Below, in pieces: positions 40,842-52,942 of a stretch of 64,000 nt of DNA (positions are counted from its first letter, which is position 1; every line of letters begins with the position of its first letter). A model generated the notes under the pieces. It did not search any database and had not been told where the DNA came from. It was given only the letters and a program-made list of their open reading frames with translations. Source of the DNA: Takakia lepidozioides. Its lineage: Eukaryota; Plantae; Bryophyta. The stretch is taken from positions 18,600,001 through 18,664,000 of the forward strand of contig CM060732.1 of the NCBI GenBank assembly GCA_030704615.1. The letters run 5' to 3'. The translations under genes were made by a program, and so were the position numbers.

Positions 40842-43800
40842 GATTTGTTAACAAATGCTTACTCCCCTCTTCATTGATTTGCCCTGAATATAAGTGCACC
40901 ATAAAGGCTACCACATATGCTCAAGCTAGCTTGAGATAAGCTCCAGAATTAAGCTCTAGCTAAGTTACGATAAAATTACATCCTAAAACATAACCAATCA
41001 TAGGATCATAAGGTAATCATAAGGTAACGTTAACGTGATTAGAAGCATACAAGGAAAAGTATGTTTCGCGTTTCTAGACTTGAGATGGAGGTTATTTTCG
41101 GGAGATAGGATCGTCTATGTGCTAGTGTACTTGCATCAGATGTTTGCAACTGCTCGTGTAAAAGAAGTGGCTATTGTATAAGTGTCATTTTGTAAATGTT
41201 GATGTGCTTTATTACTCTCTCCCTAATTATTAATGTGTTAACCTTGTCTAAATGTTATTATTTTCCTACACCCGGCTGTTAACATTTATCCAAGGCAGAT
41301 TGTCCCACAATTTAGATCGTAACTTTTGCTGATTCTACTGAATTTAAGCAATTATTTCTGCAATGTCAGCATATCTGACATGGGCTATCCTTCTGAAGAC
41401 TACACGTAATTTACTGCAAGCTATAATTTTTAGAAAACCAAGAGTTCAGGAGAAAATGCTGGCAAACCTTGAGTTGACCAGATTGGTTGTCGGGCTTAAG
41501 GACCTTATCACAATCCTGGTGTGGGATCTTTGCAAAAATTTCAAAGTAGAAGTGTAGCTTGGTATGGTATTGACATGCTGCCAAGAGAAAGATGAAGAAT
41601 TTGTTGTCATCGGGAGTGGGTTTGGATGCTCCGGGCCAAGTTTGAAGATGTCGTCCAATCACAAGCCCCCAAAAATGAGACTACAAAGGAGCCTACAGTT
41701 ACAGTTGGAATATGGCTTACCTACCACAATATTGGAAGAAATGGGCAGGAAAAATCTGGGCTCCAGAAAAATTGCTTAGTCAAAGCCAATAGATGTAGGC
41801 TTGATTTGATTGAAAAACACATTTGATCCCCAAAAAAATATTATGATATTCTTAAGTGAATGTTCTAATTTTTTGTATGCTAGTAAGGTGGAAGATATGC
41901 ATGAACCTGTAAGGTTCATTTTCACAGATAAATCTACGTAGGTATGTAGCCTCAAATTACTGAGGAGGGGTTATAAAACTTGTGTGTGTTTTCAATTCGT
42001 ATATAGGCACTTTATTATAGGTTAAACGTTGTTAGAAAGTTCAAATTATTTTTATTTACTAATAATAAATAAGAGATTAGATGATGTCTTGAGTTCTGTG
42101 TAAGTTTGTGTGGGAAAATGTTCAGCAACTCCCAAAAATATGGCTCTCTTCCCCTCGACCTCTGCATCTCTGCATTTTCGGTCACAAAGAAGCTAGACAA
42201 TTTGTAAGAATTGAATACATTGCCTTGATCTAAGTCTTTTGACGACACCGAATCCCTCTAGTCTTATGGTCCAGTTTTGCCAACTATAAGTCAAATGGCT
42301 ATACGTTTGTCAATGCAGGATGAGTCGGACAACGAATTGGAAGACGACGCAGCTGGCAGTCGTGCATCCCATCTTGTGGATGACTATGTGGGAGAAGCTT
42401 GTATCCAAAACATTTCTCATACTGAGAACGAGGCTGAGATGGAAGTGAATCCAAATAGTCATTTACAACCTATCCCTGACTTACAACCCCAACAGGTACT
42501 CGTTGAAACAAACACTGGAGGAATACAAGAATGTTAGGTCAACAATACAGCCGAGTTGTCATCACAACCCACGGAAACATCATATAGCTCATGCCGCGGT
42601 ACAACATGAAGTTTCAATATCAAATGAGGACAACATGTCATTACAACATTCCGTTCTCGGCATGCTCATGCAATGCAGGGGTCCTCTCGTATCTTGCCTC
42701 CCAAGGTACATACCCCTGCCCGTCCTTCTTAGAGGCCACCGTCGGATCATGCATAATTCCCCAAACGACAGAAATCCATGATAACTTATACGGTATTGCA
42801 TGCGAAAGAGAATGAAGACATTTTTTTTCTTCCTCTCTACCTTAATAGTGATAGATGATGATTAGGATTTGGAGTGCATGTTACGACGAGTGAGAAGAGA
42901 CATAATGTGCTAACCCTGTGTTGGTAAAAGTTACCAATCGAGAGAGAAAAGAGTGTCAATTAGGATTATTGCATGGAATATAGTACTCCCTCACAAAAAA
43001 ATCCTTATTTTCTTGTCCATTTGGGTTCACATTGAACAAGGAAAAGTCCATCTATATCACGGATGTATAAAAGAGCCCAAAGCTAGAAAGGGTGGCTTCA
43101 GTTGGGTAGCAGCAACCAGTGTGCTCCTTAATACAACCCTCCTACCTACCGAAACATTATACGTGGACCACGTTTTCCAAATTATACAAGATGGCTATGG
43201 AAAATCCCCACATCCTTACCAAAAACATTATGTGCATCAGCCTATCACTTGCAAGGCCTTTCTTAAGCATGTGAGCCTTAATTGAGCTCTTCTCAGTTAG
43301 TGCAGGGCACCACTCGCAAATTTTCCATAGCTACGTCATAATGGCATTAGTTTCTTTGCACCCCCGATCCCCCCAATATTATCCCTCCCTGGGACCCACT
43401 TCAAGTGGGGCTTTAAAGATAGATAAGGCGGGCCACAAGGGGCCAAGGGCCAGTGGGTGCGACATCTCTGGCAATCCTCCAGCCTAGTCGCATATCTCTC
43501 TTTCGTAAACTCTCTTTAAGTCCTTGAGTGTACATACCTAACTCTCCAACTGGCTCCTTGGCCATATGAGAGCTTCGGTTTCTTGCATAGGCACAACGGC
43601 CTCTGTGTAATGCTCAATGAGTGGGTCACATGAAAACCCCTAAGGTTGTAGGTAGCCTGGAATAACTCCCCACGCTTGGTCGCTTTCGGCTAGCTCGAAT
43701 GCTTCACTAGTTTTGGTTACTTAATGACACCATTCTCGGGTTTACTACTCCCTATATATATGTATGTAGGTGTAGACGGGGATCGCTCGATCAGTCTGTG

Positions 43801-44169
43801 GTCTTTTTGGAGGACCACCACCGAGACCCCCAACTCTTGGTTAGGAATCCGCGATCGCGGTGGGTCTTGGCCCACTACCCGTAGCCCCATTGGCCCATGG
43901 TGAGTCCCAGATTCCTCTATGACTCCCACTTCAAGGCTTCAACTCTACGGTGAGTCCTATGCCAACCCACTACGACTTCATACGTTATAACCAGCCCCAC
44001 TCGGGAGCCCGCACCGCAATCTGGTTGAGGGCTCCACCTCGTACACGCCCACATCCTTTTTGAGTGCCTTCAACATCAAAGAGCCGTTCCCGGGCAAGTT
44101 ACTCTCTATCACTTGTATAGGGCACGTGAGATAAATGGGTATTTTGTAGGGGGGTATTACTTTTATTTT

Positions 44170-44588
44170 GACACCGATGCCGCGAGGGACTCCGACTCCG
44201 ACGGTTGGGATGGGTCCGATGATGTCGGCAATCCTCCACATGACCCATATGAATTTAATGACGACGATGCTGCAATGCACCCATCCTTCGATGACCTTGT
44301 TGTTGATGAACTGCAACATGGTGTCATCCCAATTGCGGACGGTGATGATGCGAATGCTTTAAATGAATTTATTTCAACCAAATAGGGTGTTTAATATTTG
44401 CTTAGAACAATAAAATATAATTAAAATAACATAGAAAAAATTCACCATATTACAAAATTATGTAATTATAGGATACTAAAAAAGTCATCATCCGACGATT
44501 CGACATGCACATCTCCCACAGTCCGTGGAACTCGTGGTGGGGGAGAGTTGACCTCAACTTTATTGTTGAGAGTGTGCTCCAGTGAGGG
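44170..44588. mobile_element. Rearranged fragment of the hAT 3' region (direct plus inverted pieces)
   Basis: 44170-44340 matches 58291-58461 in direct orientation. 44484-44588 is the reverse complement of 58468-58572. Confidence 0.9.
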
Positions 44589-44826
44589 CATAGCGACAGG
44601 AAGACATGTAGACTTCGAACGGTGCAATGATGCATATGCTTTTAAAAGTTGTCACTCAGAGCTCACTCAGTATAGTTGGAAGCATAATGGAGGGATAAGG
44701 GACGCCATATCATTGCACCGCCGACGATGTTGCAAACGAATTGATTTGAATTGAATTTCCATGACAATGTTGCAAATTGCACATTTCATAGCATGGTCGT
44801 CCACATACCACATTGCATAGTTGATG

Positions 44827-47769
44827 CTACCCATGTGTTGTATCCCGCTGCAATAGAGTATCGACCTCGTTGAAACTCAGAGTGGCCTGGTGAACGAAGT
44901 TGTCACGTTTGGGATCGCAAACCATCCTCTTCAAAAATATGAAATACAAATGTTTGCAGGGTATGAATTTACTTCTCTTGCCCAAACTAGTTGATAGCAT
45001 ATTCACAAAATCAGGACGTGCAATTGGGGAAATTGGAAACCGTGATGTCGTAGGCCCTGTCATGAACAACAGATGTCGAAGTGATAATTGTGTACACCCG
45101 ACCATATCCTGGATCGGGTACTTCTGTGGTGCTTGCAACACGAGCTTGGAACATTCTTGCAGACTCCACTTTGCCAAAGTGTTCAGCGGTTGGAGGGAAA
45201 TGTCGAACGAGCTTTCCATCTCGTTTGGTTGGCCACAAGTGAGGATTTGCCGGAGGGACCCGAGAGGACGCAGAAGTAGTAGCACATGCATGTAGTTGGG
45301 GTTGTCTCGCAAGGGAAAAGCCTGCCTCCTCCAGCATTGCAATCTCCTGACTTGTGAGATGTGTTCCCACCTTGACGGGCCAAACGGTTGGAGGAGCTGG
45401 CTTTATCACCACGGAAGGACGCACAGTTCAATGCACACATCTGCGACAATCATCTGCGCAGAACCAAAACTTGTGGTTCTTGGCTTCTGGTTGACCGTAT
45501 GGACGCATCAAACCCGTGAAAGTTGGACAGGAGTCCGGGCACCACCTCTGGATATAGATGAAGTGCACTTCTCGAAATTAGTTGCCTTGATCGCTGTACA
45601 TTTCACACGAGATCCTGCACTTGTGCGTTCTATGTGCCAAACGTGGTCGGGGCATGCGGACTCAAGCACATCAAGGGGGTTGTTTCTCTCCTGCACCATT
45701 TTAGTGGCACTGTTTGATGCTGGAGCCTGTCGTTGTGTTGGAGGTTCCTCCAGAATGGAGATTCCGGACATGGATTTGTCATGCAGGGGAACACAAGGCT
45801 TCGAGAAGTTATCACGGTCTGCCCTGTGCGAATCGGAATCCGAACCAGGTGGAGTGTTCAATTTCCTCTTACATGAGCCGAATCTCTCATCCCCTTCAAG
45901 ATGTGGAACTCTAGAAACAAGTAGCGTTCCCTGGGCATACATGCTCACCGCCCATGCTATCTTGCTTAGATCCCCAGATCTGTTTGCAGCACGCAACATC
46001 AACTCCAATTTGTCCGGACCCTGCCACCAACCCCACCTCGCAAGAAATCACGGTATTGGATTTGTTGTTGCAAGGCACGTATCAAATCATCTGTTTTTGC
46101 CACATACAAATCCCAACCTCGTTTCCCAAACTGTTGCAACCATGCGTTGTGCATAGTCTCTGCCAAATTGCAAGATGACATGTCCGTCATTTCCTCAATG
46201 GACATGTTCTGCAAAGTGGAGAACCACACTTCAGAACAGTGCACAGGGAACAACATAAAGAAAGCAAGGAGTCAAAAATATGGAAAGTAAATGTATGAAT
46301 AAAGTAAGAAATAGAAGCCTCGCACCATTGTCATGGCTGCTCCCCACTGTCTGTACCGGAAGTGCCAAAACGCCAGCCAATCTTCCAATGCTCTCATACT
46401 CTCAAGCGATGCATCTCCAGAAGAGAACCACCAGGCATGAATTGTCTGGAACAAAGTGTCCGCCTCCTTCATTGTTCTAGCATCTTTGTACTCTTTGCAC
46501 AATTTACGGTGCTGAGTCTGCATCTCTGGTTTGATGTCCGACTTTGTATGTTTCTCCAGAGATTGTGTCCAATGGAATAGACATGTACGCTCTCAAGTTT
46601 AGTCCCCACAGAATCTCCTTCACTCAAAATATGGCTTTCCAAGAAGGACTTGCTTGTGCCAAGAGCAATTGCAGATGTTTTTGCGGATGGGTTTCTCTCG
46701 TACTCCTGTTTAATCAACCTCGATATTGTCTTAACACTCTCCCTATAATCCCCCTTCGAGACAGGATGGTTATGGAAACCGAAATGCACACAAGCTCTTG
46801 TCATTGTTTTCAAACGGTGGACAACATAGTACATTCTTGCTCCGCACAACGCCAGGCAGAATGACACAAGTTTGCAGAATTTGCAAACGAAAGTGTTTGC
46901 CGGTGGAGGGGCAGTCCCAGGCTTAAATGGATTTTCCGCCAGCCCTCCCACTCGCTTTGATTATGAACCCCAGACTGAAGAAAGTGTCTGCAATTCAAAT
47001 TATCACACCTAAGGTGTCCATTGCAAACTGTTCTCCTGAAAACAAGCTTGTCTTCATTTTGAATATTGGATGTTTTTGTTCTGCACCATGGGTGCCCGTC
47101 GTGTTTCTTGTCCATTCCGTGCATCATGATTGTTACACCTCCAACTCGCGGAGGAGGAGGCAGCTCGAATAGGATATCGTCATCAAAAGTCTTTGGCAGG
47201 AACTTCACAGGCACCTGCTTCAAAGATTCCCAATCAATTCCTTATAACTCACTTTTCAAACCTGCCATTCCTCCCATCGCCCGTAGTTTTGGAATGACAC
47301 TACAAAACTCTTCTTCATCCGCTTCTCCAACTACAGTAGGAAGGACTGGATTTGGAATTTCACTTATGTCATCATCGGACGAATCCGAAAGCTCAACGAT
47401 TGGAGTGGAGGACGTCTGTTCTTTTTTCACCACCACCTCCCTCTTGTCTTCAACGACTGAAGCTGCAATCCCGGGCGTCACATATGATCCAAGGGACTTT
47501 CGCCGAGGCTCTCCAAGTACTCTGTATCGACCAGGGAGCACTCTCCACTGGCTGACATGAGCCGTCTCATCACGGTTTTAGAAAGAGTATTTCAACAACT
47601 TCCCTTCCAAATCGTACACCTCTTTCTCCAAGAAGATGGAGCCATTCTGAAGCTCAAACCGGGTAGCCAAGACATGTTCCAGAACAATTGGGAATCCAGT
47701 GTCAAGGGCTTCCTTGGAGAACGGCACTGGTTTGTCGTCAGAGAAGAACTCCGCTTCAGAGGAAGCCAT
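44827..47769 (-). pseudogene. Mutator-like (MULE) transposase with N-terminal GCM-like zinc domain and C-terminal SWIM finger; frameshifted, catalytic core partly deleted
   Basis: GCM-like: DGHPW...CNGHLRCDNLNC...CKFC...C.A...HFGFHNHP. MULE CxxH: ERTCLFHWTQS (~46560-46590). Catalytic-Glu motif: CNLAETMHNAW. SWIM: YDITVSNFPNCT..PDF...PCKHLYFIF. Confidence 0.8.
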
Positions 47770-49107
47770 CTTGCATCGTCTCGTACGAAGATGCCTTGCT
47801 ATCGTAGCTCTTCAGTGAAATTTGTTGATTGAGGTCTCCAGAACACTGTTGAAGAATGAGAAGAGAATATCGCGAGAAAGCTCACACGATGATTGTGCAC
47901 ATTCTGTTATTCCTTCCAGACATGCAGCCGTCCATTTTAATTACTTTTTTTGTGGGCCCTGTAGACAAAGTATCCATAGGAGCAATTTCGGTAGCTGTTA
48001 AACCTGAACCTCATCAATAAACATAATAACCAGCCGACTTCTCGGAAGTGTGCCAAAGGATCTGAGGGTAGGATAACAGATGTATTAAATGCATCTTTAT
48101 AACAGTATCAATTGATCATGCGCACCTGGAAAGTCCAAACTGTGAAACGAACGTGGGGATGGCTTACAAGGATGAATGTGTATGATATCCAAAAATTTGT
48201 CATCAAACACTCGTTCATTTACATTTATTTGTCTGAGATTGTGTGCCAGATGGCCCCATATTTTTTATTCCACGGTGCCACGGTTCTGATGGCATAGGCA
48301 TTGTCTGAGGCTGAGCAGTCAGACCAACTAATTGTTTATATGCAATGTTATATTCATCTATAATATCTGTCGCTGTTATTTTCAATTATTGAAACCGTTC
48401 AAATAAACGACACGCCGTTCATTTTGGGCGACACATGTCAGACATCGATAACTACATTGCAGACGAACAACTGTCCACTAATGGCTGACAGGTGCACTAA
48501 TAAGGGAACGACATTTGTGTAACGGTCACGCGAGAGGGAATCCGATGCTTCTAGAGACAATCCCCAACGCAAGTAACTGCGCAAGAAATCGAAAGTCACT
48601 TTGGCTTTCTAGTTTCCGCACTTAGAGGGAGAGAGGTAGTCAAGCTGGAGAGGGTTCCTTCTACGATACGAAATAGAAGGAAGTCACTTTATTTTACTTC
48701 CCTTAGAGAGAGACTCAGAGCAAGAGAGCAAATGACGAGGCGTCGTTTGATGGAGAACACAGGGCCACGGCAGCAGGTGAACGTGGAGACTGCAACACAA
48801 GAGCAGACCGACAATGAGGCAGCAGCTGTCACACAGTCAGAGAGAACAGTGAGCGTTGGAAACCAGACTGTGGAAGCAGAGATGATTCGTAGGGAAACTG
48901 AAGGAGGTGGAAGTCCGGGGAACACTGAACCGGGAGAAGGTCTACAAACCCTAGAGCATACAGAAATTCCAGCAGATGTGAGAGGGAAGAGGAAAGCTGC
49001 AGAAGGGGATCCAAATTCAAAACCTAAGAAGGCGCCAGTAAGTGTTCTCTACCTTCCATTTCTTGTTTACAGATCTACGAAGACGAGTGAGTGCAATGTC
49101 CTAGAAA

Positions 49108-50040
49108 GTGATGGTCGGTACCGACCATCACAATGAAGCCATGTTGATTTGCTTTGTACTCCTCTGTTTATGGTTTTCCACACCAGCAGTTTGTGACTAG
49201 CGGTACCGCCATTCACTGTTCTTCAGATCATAGAGTCAGTCTGATTGCCTTTCAAGCACTCCTTCTCTTTCATTCTGTAGCAGGAACCTGTGATTGTCGG
49301 CAACGTCATTCTCTTTCTAAGTTTCAAAACTCTCATTCTGATACAACAGAAAGTGAGTGTCGGTGCCGACATTAACTGTGATCCAGTATTGACTTACACC
49401 AAACGCAATGCATTCCATTCTAGTGTAGTGCGAGTGTCGTTAACGCCATTCGATTCTCCTCATGAGCTTCCTGAACTTGTATGCGTGGAGAGAGAGTGAT
49501 GGTCGGCATATTCAGTCATATAGTCTTGCATTGCATTTTCTCTGTTTTAGGTTGAGTAGATTAGGGAAGTGGAATGGCAGTACCGCCAATCACTTTTTTG
49601 AGACCATATTGTAGATTCATGTAGAGTATCGATTGCAAAGTACATTCCAAACAGACAAGAAATAGTGATTGTTTGTGAAGATCATCACAATGGAGTCTCT
49701 CTGACTTATTTGCACTCACTTTCTGCCCTAAACTAGTGTGAGTGTCGGTGCCGCCAATCAGTAAGACATATATTTCATTGCACCAAACCGATCCAGTAGG
49801 TCCTTCAAATGTAATGTTTTTTTATTGTCGTTAACGCCGTTCGCCAATGCTCAGAACCTCTCTGTACCTGTTTGCCCAAAAACATAGTGATTGTCGGTAC
49901 CGATCATCACTATGTAGTCATATTGTTTTGGTTTGCATTCTTCTAGATCAGCTTTGTTTGTGTAGATGGTTGTGAATGTCGGTGCCGCCATTCAATGTTA
50001 TTTGAGACGAGACAGACTGATGGTCGGTACCGACATTCAC
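49108..50040. repeat. Array of 13 copies of a 24-bp palindrome in intron 1 of the ParB-MTase gene
   Basis: Copies start at 49108, 49193, 49290, 49353, 49430, 49496 (partial), 49570, 49665, 49738, 49821, 49887, 49972, 50017. The first, GTGATGGTCGGTACCGACCATCAC, is a perfect palindrome. Confidence 0.9.
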
Positions 50041-51823
50041 TATTTGCACATAACTCACTGTCTGATTGGCATGGCATCGTGTAGAAAACTGTGAAGTCCA
50101 AGCAGACAGGAACAGAGGCAAAAGGTTCTGGAGATGGGGACGAGTCTGTCAAGAGCTCCGAGAAAAGCGATGAAGCAGATGAACCTGAAGTGCACTACCT
50201 TGACAAGGTGAAAGAACTCATGTCATTCCAGAAGGTAAACTCTCAGGAGGTTATTAGGGACATGCTCGTCTCTGGAGGGCGTCTGGACATCCCACTATGC
50301 CGGATGATATCAATGCATGTTGTGCGTCCTCCTCTTTCCAATGACATTACAAAATTGGAAACTGATTTTGTGCATGGATACAGACTTGGTGCACAAGTTT
50401 TTTATGTGTCACTGACGGATACAAATGGGAAAAGCACATTAGTGTCTCCTGAGATCACAGATACCTGGGATGAGTGCTGGAAGGATGTTAATGAGGAGTT
50501 CGAGCTGGGCCTCATGATGGGAAGAAACACCCAGCAATTCTGCAACCACATGTTCTACGTCTGGGACGGCAACCACCAATTGCTGGCATGGATGGGATAC
50601 ATTCATAAACATCATGCGAAAGACAGAGACAAGCATGTTGCTGTAGAGGCAATGGTTTTGGATCCTGGAAACGACATCGCTAGGCTTCTTACGTGAACAA
50701 GTAAGTCATCCTAGAGACTCCATTGCCTCTCCAATGTCTTGTTAATCCCACCAAAAAACGATGTTTATCAATGCATTGTTTCCAATCTTTTTGCAGAACA
50801 AGCTTGGTCCACACACTGTTCCGAATTCAGATGATTGGTCTAATGAAGCTGGATGATTTTCGCACAGTACTCCACCCCGATATAATCAAAGCAGTGCGAA
50901 ACAAGAAGAGTTGCAGGCACTTGGTATTCTTTGACTCGAGAGGCGTTTCTGAAGTACATGTATGCGGTAAGGCCGAGCCTGTACTCATTTGTCTTTCTGA
51001 ATACATGTTTGTATTTTGTTTTGTACTCATCCCTATTTTGATCAATGCAGCAAGAACTGACAAAGGCAGCTGAGAAGGGGAAATCCGAATACTACCGCAC
51101 TACAACAGAGGAACTTAGGACATCAAAGGGTGTGAAAGCAGCAATAAAGAAGGAGTATGAAATCCGCATAACCAAACTGATGTCCGCCTTCTCAAAGCAG
51201 CTTAGAATAGTAGATCCTGGCCTTGGAGATGAGTTCCTTCTGCAGATAAAATCTCACTATGACAAGCATGTGCACCCGGAGATGCAGCAGGAGAAATTGC
51301 ACCGGCTGGCCATCTCCATGGTCGACCCCCAAACCAAAATAAGATGGCTGGAGATTTGGAATCAGATAGTGAAGGACTTGAATCAGTTCCCAAAGAGCAC
51401 ACTATACAGCCTGGCACAAAGGTGGAAGGAATCAGTGACATTGTGTTTGACAACTGGCTTCACAAGGCTACATTTTGGAGTCAGGTGTGTATTCAAAGAA
51501 ATTCCATCTTTGTTGACTTCATGAATGTGATGAGTTTCTTATTTGCAAAATTGACAAATGTACCATTTGCAGCTGGAGAAGCGCGCAATCATTGTGCTCG
51601 AGCAGACTTTGAAGGACTTGAACATTTTTATTGTTTCCCCGCCTCAAATGACATTGGAGGCATACATAAGGAAGTGGAGAGGTCTCACCTGGAGATACTG
51701 TTTTTTCCGAGAGTTCTCCAAGGATGGTAACATTTTATGGTCCAACGACTTTGACAGTCAGGTTGGGGGAGAGTGGGCCATGATGCGAGTTGTGTACAGG
51801 TGCAATGTCCTGCTGGAAACTGT

Positions 51824-52942
51824 GTTGCCTCTTGTGAGAAATCGTTAGGCTTTGTTAGCAGTGTAATCACATATCCAAAGAGAATGTCAGTGCTGACATT
51901 CACTTCTATGTCTGTGTCCTTCCAAAGCTAGAGATTGCATTCACCTGGATTAGGAACTTAGGGTGTGATTGTAGTGTCCTTGAATGGAATTTTGTGAATG
52001 TCGTTGACGACATTCACATCCAGAGCTGTTGTGAGCTCCTGAGATTTATTGTACGTTTTGTATGTTCCGTTGACTTTTTAGTGAGAGTTCCTCACTCGAG
52101 TTTTCTGAATGTCGTTGCCGACATTCACTTTCCTTGCAATGTTGTTGCCTCTTGTGAGAAATCATTAGGCTTTGTTAGCAGTGTAATCACAGATCCAAAG
52201 TGATTGTCGGTGCCGACATTCACTTCTATGTCTGTGTCCTTCCAAAGCTAGAGATTGCATTCACCTGGATTAGGAACTTAGGGTATGTTTGCAGTGTCCT
52301 TGAATGGAATTTTGTGAATGTCGTTGACGACATTCACATCCAGAGCTGTTGTGAGCTCCTGAGATTTATTGTACATTTTGTATGTTCCATTGACTTTTTA
52401 GTGAGAGTTCCTCACTCGAGTTTTCTGAATGTCGTTGCCGACATTCACTTTCCTTGCAATGTTGTTGCCTCTTGTGAGAAATCGTTAGGCTTTGTTAGCA
52501 GTGTAATCACAGATCCAAAGTGAATGTCGGTGCCGACATTCACTTCTATGTCTGTGTCCTTCCAAAGCTAGAGATTGCATTCACCTGGATTAAGAACTTA
52601 GGATATGTTTGCAGTGTCCTTGAATGGAATTTTGTGAATGTCGTTGACGACATTCACATCCAGAGCTGTTGTGAGCTCTTGAGATTTATTGTACGTTTTG
52701 TATGTTCCATTGACTTTTTAGTGAGAGTTCCTCACTCGAGTTTTCTGAATGTCGTTGCCGACATTCACTTTCCTTGCAATGTTGTTGCCTCTTGTGAGAA
52801 ATTGTTAGTCTTTGTTAGCAGTGTAATCACAGATCCAAAGTGAATGTCATTGCCGACATTCACTTCTATGTTTGTGTCCTTCCAAAGCTAGACATTGATG
52901 TCGTTGACGACATTCACATCCAGAGCTGTTGTGAGCTCCTGA
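51824..52942. repeat. 320-bp tandem repeat (~3.4 near-identical copies), each unit carrying three 24-bp palindromes
   Basis: gttgcctcttgtgagaa recurs at ~51824, 52144, 52464, 52784. Palindromes at 51880, 51994, 52105, 52200, 52314, 52425, 52520, 52634, 52745, 52840, ~52894. Confidence 0.95.

Noticed and set aside
41363-42800. Possible degenerate transposase C-terminus (TWAILLKTTRNLL, acidic tail)
   Set aside because: Too decayed to assign without a profile search.
43290-44140. Possible decayed retroelement segment
   Set aside because: No intact diagnostic motif could be read in any frame.
49108-50040. True CRISPR array
   Set aside because: The context is a eukaryotic intron with no cas genes. 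Repeats are degenerate, spacer lengths vary (about 21-73 bp), and spacers are distantly related to each other.
51994-52843. Repeated 107-aa ORFs
   Set aside because: They are artefacts of the 320-bp intronic tandem repeat.
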